From Trichodesmium sp. MO_231.B1 (GTDB lineage: Bacteria; Cyanobacteriota; Cyanobacteriia; Cyanobacteriales; Microcoleaceae): a DNA stretch of 15,296 nucleotides. A program made the translations under genes and the position numbers. The notes beneath the pieces are model-generated. The model made no database searches, had not been told where the DNA came from, and was given only the letters and a program-made list of their open reading frames with translations. Every line of letters starts with the position of its first letter. Position 1 is the stretch's first letter. The stretch is from positions 1 through 15,296 of the forward strand of contig JASJEJ010000100.1 of the NCBI GenBank assembly GCA_030064815.1. The letters are read 5' to 3'. This document shows, one piece after another, positions 9,057 through 15,296 of this stretch.

Positions 9057-9503
9057 ATGGGTCTTTTTGAGCAAGGAACAGCAACAATACAAGCTACTGA
9101 TATTAAATTAGAACCTGCCGAAGCTTTTGCAGCTATTGCTTTAATTGCTGTAGCTGCTGATGGTATTATTACTGAAAGTGAAAAACAAGGTATTAGTAAT
9201 ATTTTCTCTCGCATGGAACTATTTTCTAATTATTCAGAAGAACGTAAGAGAGAAATGTTAGATCGTCTCTTAGGTATGATTAAGAATAAAGAGATTAAGC
9301 CTTTGTTTGATGCTGCTGTTGCTAAACTTCCTAAAGAGTTAAGAGAAACAGTTTTTGCTGTTAGTACAGACTTAGTTTTAGTAGATGGAGACCTTGCTGA
9401 AGAGGAAGAACAACTTTTGAATGAATTGTATAATGCTTTGGAAATTTCCGAAGCAGTAGCTACTAAGATTATTGATGTAATGATGATTAAAAATAAGGGT
9501 TAA
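9057..9503 (+). CDS. TerB-like (tellurite-resistance TerB family) small acidic protein
   Basis: Two copies of the TerB-type motif: AFAAIALIAVAADGIITESEKQGISNIF and ETVFAVSTDLVLVDGDLAEEEEQLLNELYNAL. I prefer the ATG at 9057, which has GAGG 9 nt upstream, over the TTG at 9006 offered by the ORF track. Confidence 0.55.
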   Translation: MGLFEQGTATIQATDIKLEPAEAFAAIALIAVAADGIITESEKQGISNIFSRMELFSNYSEERKREMLDRLLGMIKNKEIKPLFDAAVAKLPKELRETVFAVSTDLVLVDGDLAEEEEQLLNELYNALEISEAVATKIIDVMMIKNKG

Positions 9504-9506
9504 TTC

Positions 9507-9541
9507 CAGTTATCAGTTATCAGTTATCAGTTATCAGTTAT
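9507..9541. repeat. STRR-type heptamer tandem repeat (CAGTTAT)x5, starting 4 bp after the TerB-like stop
   Basis: Direct reading: cagttatcagttatcagttatcagttatcagttat. Confidence 0.8.
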
Positions 9542-9734
9542 CATTCGATACAGTTCAGTCAAGATTTTTTTGAAAATAAATAAGGAAGAAGGAAGGTAGA
9601 TTATTCTATAGATAATTATAGTTAATTCATAAATTTTTTCTGGTATTTATGTAATCTCTAGTTCTTCTATGCCTTGTGAGTTTTAGTCTTATATGAACCG
9701 TATTAAGTTATCATTATCTATGACTGAACCTGGT

Positions 9735-9784
9735 AATTTGAAATATTAATTTTCAAATTTATCTAGTGCGGGCATCCTGCCCGC
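9735..9784. promoter_or_regulatory. Palindrome AATTTGAAA-N7-TTTCAAATT (9735-9759) followed by GC hairpin GCGGGCA-tcc-TGCCCGC (9768-9784), 60-110 bp upstream of the thioesterase start; candidate operator or attenuator
   Basis: Direct reading: both are perfect reverse-complement arms. No T-tract follows the GC hairpin, so it is not a canonical intrinsic terminator. Confidence 0.3.
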
Positions 9785-9845
9785 TACCTAAATGAGATAA
9801 AATTTGCTATGTTTTTTATCCTCATAATTCGATTTATTTCTATTA

Positions 9846-10262
9846 ATGTCTTTTTACTATGCAAGAATAGTTCATTTTCAGGATACTGATGCTGCTGGTG
9901 TGGTTTATTTTGCTAATATTTTAGCAATTTGCCATGAAGCTTATGAAGCGTGTTTAGCAGAATTTGGTATTAATTTGAAGGTTTTTTTTACTAATCACGA
10001 AATAGCTATTCCAATTATTCATGCTGATATTGATTTTCGTCGTCCGATGTTTTGTGGGGATGAGTTAACTATTGAGTTAATGCCTAAAAGTTGGGGAGAT
10101 GATGAGTTTGAAATTTCTTATCAAGTATTTTTAAAGGAGGTGGGAGAAAAGTGGGTGGCGAGAGCTAATACTAAGCACGTTTGTATTCATCCTCGAAGTA
10201 GGAGTAGGCAAAAATTATCTGATGAAATGAGGCGATGGTTATTAAGTTTTGAAAGTTCGTAG
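9846..10262 (+). CDS. 1,4-dihydroxy-2-naphthoyl-CoA thioesterase (hotdog-fold, 4HBT/YbgC-like; phylloquinone pathway)
   Basis: 138-aa ORF. The N-terminal YYARIVHFQDTDAAGVVYFANIL matches the hotdog-fold pattern of Synechocystis Slr0204-type DHNA-CoA thioesterases as I recall them. Size is typical. A menE-like gene lies 3.2 kb downstream. Confidence 0.7.
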   Translation: MSFYYARIVHFQDTDAAGVVYFANILAICHEAYEACLAEFGINLKVFFTNHEIAIPIIHADIDFRRPMFCGDELTIELMPKSWGDDEFEISYQVFLKEVGEKWVARANTKHVCIHPRSRSRQKLSDEMRRWLLSFESS

Positions 10263-10395
10263 TTTGGCGAATATCAAGGAAAAGAAAATGATATATTATG
10301 TTGAAAAATTTTTTTGATTTAATAAATCTATTAATGATTTTATTTATAGAACCCATTTGCTATCTTTTACATTTATTTTTCTTTCTACAACATTC

Positions 10396-10461
10396 GCGAT
10401 ATAGCTGCCGCTAGGCTCTACCTTTCATGTCGCGCAGTGAAACGGAATGGAGTTCTATCGC
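10396..10461. repeat. Second GC-rich structured island: outer stem GCGATA(10396-10401)/TATCGC(10456-10461), inner hairpin TTTCA-N10-TGAAA (10423-10442); contains the 11-mer TTTCATGTCGC shared with 350-433
   Basis: Direct reading. Confidence 0.3.
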
Positions 10462-10480
10462 TAAGTCACTATAATTTTTT

Positions 10481-10605
10481 AGTTGAATAAAAAGTCATGC
10501 ATGTAGGGGAGAAAACTCATATAGGTGTGATTTTATCACAAAAATTGTCAGGATGCAACTGAAAATCCTTTGACGCGCTGAAAAATTTCAGGAGCTTTAT
10601 AAAAT
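10481..10605. repeat. Copy A of a ~125-bp duplicated non-coding element (identical 20-nt 5' end, variable segment, ~90% identical 45-nt core with two hairpins)
   Basis: Aligned by eye with 10771-10895. Shared 5' end AGTTGAATAAAAAGTCATGC. Core: ATCACAAAAATTGT(C/G)AGGATGCA(A/G)C(T/C)GAAAATCCTTTGACGCGC. Core hairpins: CACAA-aaa-TTGTG and AGGAT-N10-ATCCT. Confidence 0.8.
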
Positions 10606-10770
10606 GAAGGTTTTATTAGTTTTCCACTGAGGGGTGATAGATGGAAAGATTCGATGATGGGAAAAACAAACATATTATATTTACGAGAGCTTTACAAGAT
10701 GAAGATATTTCTGGTGTTGCTCCTAGGGAAAATTCCTAAATATTTCCATTTCCTATTACCAAAGAAATTG

Positions 10771-10895
10771 AGTTGAATAAAAAGTCATGCGCATAGGCGA
10801 GCTAACCCAGATAAGTTTTATCCTATCACAAAAATTGTGAGGATGCAGCCGAAAATCCTTTGACGCGCGAAATTTTTCAGGAGCTTCACAGAATG
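10771..10895. repeat. Copy B of the ~125-bp duplicated element, exactly 290 bp downstream of copy A, same orientation
   Basis: See copy A. Confidence 0.8.
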
Positions 10896-11345
10896 CAAAA
10901 ATTAGATACCAAATGTTTTCTGTAGTTGGTTGAATTGCAGTCTTTGACAAGAAATACCTAATTTTTCCGATAATTGTAGTTGCAGGTCTGTTTTTTCTAT
11001 CTTTATTCAGAACATTCAGGGAACTGAAACTGGAGCTATAGATAAATATACTTGACTTAACATTGATGGTAGGATTTGCTTGAGGAGAAATATTAAAGCG
11101 GATAGCAAAAAGACTATTAACGTAAATAAAGTAAAATTGAACAATTTGAATAAATAAATTCATAACAGATCAGAGTTTTATATCGGTCAAGTTAAGTTAT
11201 ATCGATCTAAATAATTTGCATTGACAGGTTAGATAAAGTTTTTTAAGTTTTCAGAGTTCATAATGGGAGAGTTATAGGTTTATTGATTATTCAAAAGTTG
11301 TTGATAATCTTCTCTTTGTCGAATATCATCTAATAGTGATTCTGG

Positions 11346-11708
11346 TTATAGGAGTTCGTCGTAGCAGAATTCTAATTTAATAACTTTTATTTCTGAAGCC
11401 CCTATGACCAGAACACAAATCCTAATTTTACCTGTTTGCCATTCAGAATTACCTAATTTTAAAATCTTACATTCCATACCTTCAGGAGGAAAAATTAATT
11501 CTATATTTTTGAGATTAAACTCCACAGATATGTCTATAGTACTATTGCTCAAACAATCAAACATACTATGATCGCTACTATAGTTGGGCTCAAAAGAATA
11601 TATAAGTTTTTCTTTTGCCAACTCCTTAAATCTTTCAACAGTAAAAGTATCCTTCCCAATCATCAAAATATCAGTATCACATTCTAAAGGTTGAAATGTA
11701 TTAGTCAT
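11346..11708 (-). CDS. Hypothetical 120-aa protein, no recognisable domain (orphan)
   Basis: Clean ORF with AGGA 4 nt upstream of the ATG and balanced composition, unlike the low-complexity artefact ORFs nearby. No motif I can place. Confidence 0.4.
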   Translation of the reverse strand: MTNTFQPLECDTDILMIGKDTFTVERFKELAKEKLIYSFEPNYSSDHSMFDCLSNSTIDISVEFNLKNIELIFPPEGMECKILKLGNSEWQTGKIRICVLVIGASEIKVIKLEFCYDELL

Positions 11709-12150
11709 AATATCCTATCCAACTTTCATCTAGTTAATAATAACACAAAACTTTCACTAATCAAAAATTTATTGATGTATAACACTAGGCAAATAGGTTA
11801 GGAAATTTATAAATGCTAAAACTCAGTTAGAGATTACTTTTAACTTTTGACTTGCACATAGCACTATACTTTCCTCTTTCATTCTTATTTATTTTTGATT
11901 AACTACAGCACTAGAAAAAAAATTAGGATATTAATAAAATTGAAATTCTTTATAACCAATAGTTTTGAGTTAACATGAATGCTTAAAGCTGTAAAAAAAA
12001 AATATAGCAATCCTAAAATAGGTTGTAATATTTTATGGTAGATGTTTCTTTTCCAAACCAAAAAGTGGAATTAATATGACTAAACCTCTACAGTTTTTTT
12101 CACGAATTATTTCACATTACTATACTCGAATTTCATATCAATTAAATTAA

Positions 12151-13122
12151 ATGTCAAACAATACTTATGCCATAATTGGTAGTGGCGCACTAGGAGGTTT
12201 TTACGGTGCAAAACTCCAGAAAGCAGAATTAGAAGTTCATTTCTTACTACACAGTGATTATCAGCACGTTCTGGAAAATGGCTTAATTATAAAATCAAAA
12301 GATGGCGATTTTAATCTCCCTCAAGTTAACGCCTATAACAATACTAATAAAATGCCAAAATGTGATGTAATTATCATAGGATTAAAAACAATACAAAATC
12401 ATTTATTGGCAAAATTACTCCCACCCTTATTAAAATAAAATACTGTTGTATTACTGTTACAAAATGGCTTAGGTGCAGAACCAGAAATTGCCAAAATTGT
12501 TGGGGAGGATAGAGTAATTGGAGGAGTATGTAATCTTGCTTCTAATAAAGTAAGTTTTGGTTATATTCATCATATAGATTATGGTTTAATTAGAATCGGA
12601 AGATATGCCATAAATTATCAAATTGCTGAAATTACTAATAAAATGTGTGAGATTACTCAGGATTTTGAAATGGCTGGAGTTCCGGTTAATCTCACTGAAG
12701 ATTTACTGCTAGAAAGATGGAAAAAATTAGTTTGGAATATTCCTTATAACGGCTTGTCAGTAATTTTAGATGCTCGAACTGACGAAATTATGGGAGATGC
12801 TAATACGAGAAATTTAGTAACAGAAATAATGCAGGAAGTTTTAGAGGGGGCAAAAAGTTGTCGGCGTCAAATTCCAGATAGTTATATTCAAGAAATGTTA
12901 GACTTTACTGACAAATTACAACCTTATTTAACTAGCATGAAAATTGACTATGAGCGACGACGACCCTTAGAAATAGAAGGGATTATTGGCAACCCTTTAC
13001 AAATGGCGAGTGAAACTGGTATGAAGTTATCAAAAATTGGGATGTTGTATCAACAATTAAAATTTTTAGATGCTAGAAATAGACAGAATTTTTCAAGTCA
13101 AAACTCAAAACTCAAAAGTTAA
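12151..13122 (+). pseudogene. panE: 2-dehydropantoate 2-reductase (ketopantoate reductase, PanE/ApbA family) interrupted by a single in-frame TAA at 12436-12438; otherwise intact over ~323 codons
   Basis: The ORF-track entries 12151..12438 and 12643..13122 are in the same frame, and 12439-12642 has no stop. N-term MSNNTYAIIGSGALGGFYGAKL is the Rossmann GxGxxG. The stretch around the stop, LLPPLLK*NTVVLLLQNGLG, aligns to PanE L..L.....P(I/V)LL.NG.G. The C-terminal domain carries the family-typical LLERWKKLVWNIPYNGLSVI. Confidence 0.75.
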
Positions 13123-13504
13123 AAATTTTATCAGTAACTATTCGAGACAAAAGTTTAAGAGTCTATAGAATTCATGTCAGATCTATATTAGACCTCTTGC
13201 AAAAGTTTTAATTCAATAAATTCAAGATCTAAAATTAACAATTTCATCTCCCTATTCCCTATTCCCTGACTTCTGCAAGAAGTCTATTAAAAAGATAAGA
13301 GAGAGATGGAAAGTAAGGAAATGAAGACAAATATGTATAAATTTCCAATTTGCTGTTTGTAGTAGCCTTTTTTCCATAAGAAATTATACCAAATATGCTT
13401 GATTAAAGAGACTTACAAATTTTTGTACTTCTATGTTCCCTCTCTTCATCTTCGTAACTAATCTATGTAAACCAAATTTAGTATTAGACTATAAAGATAG
13501 AGGT

Positions 13505-13532
13505 AATTATCAATTATCCATTATCCATTAAT
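13505..13532. repeat. Degenerate heptamer tandem repeat (AATTATC/CATTATC)x4, overlapping the stop codon of the minus-strand menE-like gene
   Basis: Direct reading: aattatcaattatccattatccattaat. Confidence 0.5.
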
Positions 13533-14947
13533 GAATGCCCTATTCTTTGAATGGCAATTTCCTTTAACAACTCCCGATTAATTTTTCCTTGGGAATTTCG
13601 AGGTAAACTTTCGACCTTTAGCCAATATTTAGGTTGTTTAAATTTGCTCAACTTTCCATGAATAGCAGCTAACAATTTTTCCCTAGAAACTTGAAAATTG
13701 TTACCAACATAAACAGCAGTAACAACTTCACCCCAATATTGATCAGTTAAACCAATTACACAAATATCAGTAACTAACCCAGTTGCCAAAATAGCAGCTT
13801 CCACTTCTGCCGGAAAAACATTTTCCCCACCAGTAATAATTTTTTGACTGCTACGACCTACTATTTTTAAGTAACCTTGACAATCAAAAAATCCTAAATC
13901 ATCGGTTGCTAAATTTTCAGAATTATTAAATATGTTGGGATAATATCCTAATGCTAAAGAACTAGCTTTGATAATAATATTTCCAATTTGATTCTGACCT
14001 AATATCTCTCCACTGTCACTTTGAACAATAATTTTAGCGTGAGGTAATACTTGACCGTTACTATTATTTCCTGCCAAAAAATCTTCTGCTTTAAGAGTTG
14101 CAACTTGAGAAGCAGTTTCAGTCATTCCATAAGTTGGAGCTAATTTAATCTGATATTTTCTTGCTGCGTCAAATAATTCTTCCCAAGCAGCAGCACCACC
14201 TAAAAGCACTGTCTGAAAATTTGATAACCAGTTAGCTGTTTCTGCATTTTGCAACAAATTTTGTAACTGGGTTGGCACCAGGGAAATGAAAAAGTCATTG
14301 GGGTTAATATTCCATTCCTTTTTGTCAAAAATATCTTTATAGGATGACAAATTTACTAAATTTCCTCCACTGGTAAAGGAGCGCATAAACTGCATTAAAC
14401 CACTAACATGATATAGGGGTAAAACACAAAACGAATTAATTTTTTGTAGTTGGAAATATTCTTGGAAACCTCTGACGGATGACATTAGAGTTTCCCATGT
14501 ATGAATAGCAAATTTAATTTTTCCAGACGACCCACCAGTAGGAATCATAATCAAATTTTTTTCATTAGGCAGAGTTGTTTTGCTGGAATTATCTCTAGTC
14601 AACCTAGATGTTTTTTCTAAACTCCCTCCTAGAAATTTATGGTTAAGGATATTTCCCAAAATTATGTCTGGTTGTACTAATTTTAAAACTTGTTCCCATT
14701 CCAGTTTTCCCCAGTTAGGATTACATAAAAATACTTGAAAACCAGCACCAACAGCAGCAATAAAACTGGCAATAAATTCTGTTGTTTTTGGTTCTGATAT
14801 TAATACTTTGCTTGGAGTTTCTGGATTTGATATTTTGATTAAGTCAGTAAACTTTGACTCTGCAAGACAAGAAAATTCACTATCACTAAAGAAGTTGCTA
14901 TCTCTTTTGAGTTGGTATTTTTTTAGGTAGTTAAAAATTTGATTCAT
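13514..14947 (-). CDS. menE: Adenylate-forming acyl-CoA ligase, most likely o-succinylbenzoate--CoA ligase (MenE)
   Basis: 477-aa ORF with ANL-superfamily motifs: IPTGGSSGKIKFA (A3-like), YGMTETAS (A5), LATDDLGFFD (A7), GRSSQKIITGGENVFPAEVE (A8), LPRNSQGKINR (A10). The compact size matches cyanobacterial MenE. A DHNA-CoA thioesterase gene lies nearby. Confidence 0.65.
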   Translation of the reverse strand: MNQIFNYLKKYQLKRDSNFFSDSEFSCLAESKFTDLIKISNPETPSKVLISEPKTTEFIASFIAAVGAGFQVFLCNPNWGKLEWEQVLKLVQPDIILGNILNHKFLGGSLEKTSRLTRDNSSKTTLPNEKNLIMIPTGGSSGKIKFAIHTWETLMSSVRGFQEYFQLQKINSFCVLPLYHVSGLMQFMRSFTSGGNLVNLSSYKDIFDKKEWNINPNDFFISLVPTQLQNLLQNAETANWLSNFQTVLLGGAAAWEELFDAARKYQIKLAPTYGMTETASQVATLKAEDFLAGNNSNGQVLPHAKIIVQSDSGEILGQNQIGNIIIKASSLALGYYPNIFNNSENLATDDLGFFDCQGYLKIVGRSSQKIITGGENVFPAEVEAAILATGLVTDICVIGLTDQYWGEVVTAVYVGNNFQVSREKLLAAIHGKLSKFKQPKYWLKVESLPRNSQGKINRELLKEIAIQRIGHSLMDNG

Positions 14948-14958
14948 AAATTAGTATT

Positions 14959-15296
14959 GAGAAAATTTTGTCGGCAAAATTAGCTGAGTCGCAAAATATT
15001 TCATCTCCCACAACTATATAGATAAAGTTCGACTCGCTCCCACAGATACAGACTAGAAATTTTCTACTTCTGCCTAAATTTTTTCTCAGACCAGAGAAAA
15101 TTTTGTCGGCAAAATTAGCTGAGTCGCAAAATATTTCATCTCCCACAACTATATAGATAAAGTTCGACTCGCTCCCACAGATACAGACTAGAAATTTTCT
15201 ACTTCTGCCTAAATTTGCTCTCAGACCACACAAAGATTTGCCAGAGAAATTAGCTGAGAAACGAAATATCTTATCTCCCACAACTATATAGATAAA
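14959..15296. repeat. 135-bp tandem repeat: two near-identical units (14959-15093, 15094-15228) plus a diverged partial third unit running off the window end
   Basis: Direct reading: gagaaaattttgtcggcaaaattagctgagtcgcaaaatatttcatctcccacaactatatagataaagttcgactcgctcccacagatacagactagaaattttctacttctgcctaaatt is repeated with a 135-bp period. The third unit has an internal deletion and insertion. Confidence 0.85.

Noticed and set aside
8993-9214. 73-aa minus-strand ORF antisense to the TerB-like gene, and the TTG start at 9006 for the TerB-like ORF
   Set aside because: It is an antisense artefact. For the sense gene, the ATG at 9057 with an upstream GAGG is a better start than a TTG 51 bp earlier.
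10171-10356. 61-aa minus-strand ORF overlapping the thioesterase 3' end
   Set aside because: It is an AT-rich low-complexity translation (KKFFNIIYHFLFL) overlapping a supported gene.
10756-11163. 135-aa minus-strand ORF
   Set aside because: It covers copy B of the duplicated element and AT-rich spacer, gives a low-complexity translation (SSIFIYSSSFSSLNVL), and has no motif. It is probably an artefact of AT-rich sequence.
12151-13122. Two separate genes (95-aa and 159-aa) as listed in the ORF track
   Set aside because: Both pieces and the gap between them are one continuous PanE-homologous frame broken by a single TAA, and the second piece begins at an internal Met. It is better described as one interrupted gene.
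14931-15281. 116-aa minus-strand ORF upstream of menE
   Set aside because: Its internally duplicated translation (…ESNFIYIVVGDEIFCDSANFADKIF… twice) is the 135-bp tandem repeat read through in one frame.
14959-15296. CRISPR array
   Set aside because: The units are 135 bp and directly abutting, with no alternating unique spacers. The pattern is satellite-type tandem duplication, not repeat-spacer architecture.

Overview
The window reads as an AT-rich chromosomal segment from a filamentous, probably heterocyst-forming, cyanobacterium. Three signals support this: six perfect HIP1 octamers (GCGATCGC), STRR-type tandem heptamers at gene ends, and a Ser/Thr-kinase-WD40 gene. Gene order: kinase-TM-WD40 protein (+), a full-length major vault protein (MVP) homolog (+), a TMEM14-like membrane protein (-), a DUF815 P-loop ATPase (+), a TerB-like protein (+), a hotdog-fold DHNA-CoA thioesterase (+), a repeat-filled degraded stretch with one orphan ORF (-), a panE-like ketopantoate reductase with one in-frame TAA (+), a menE-like adenylate-forming ligase (-), and a 135-bp tandem repeat running off the window end. 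The standout feature is the 865-aa protein with the repeat, shoulder and cap-helix architecture of the eukaryotic vault shell protein. It is embedded in, and compositionally adapted to, a cyanobacterial neighbourhood. Vault-like particles have never been demonstrated in bacteria, so this locus is the best candidate for something new here. Secondary items are two families of structured non-coding repeats, heptamer repeats at the 3' ends of five genes, the single in-frame stop in panE, and a long tandem repeat occupying what should be the menE promoter. All protein calls come from motif recognition by eye and need BLAST/HMM confirmation.
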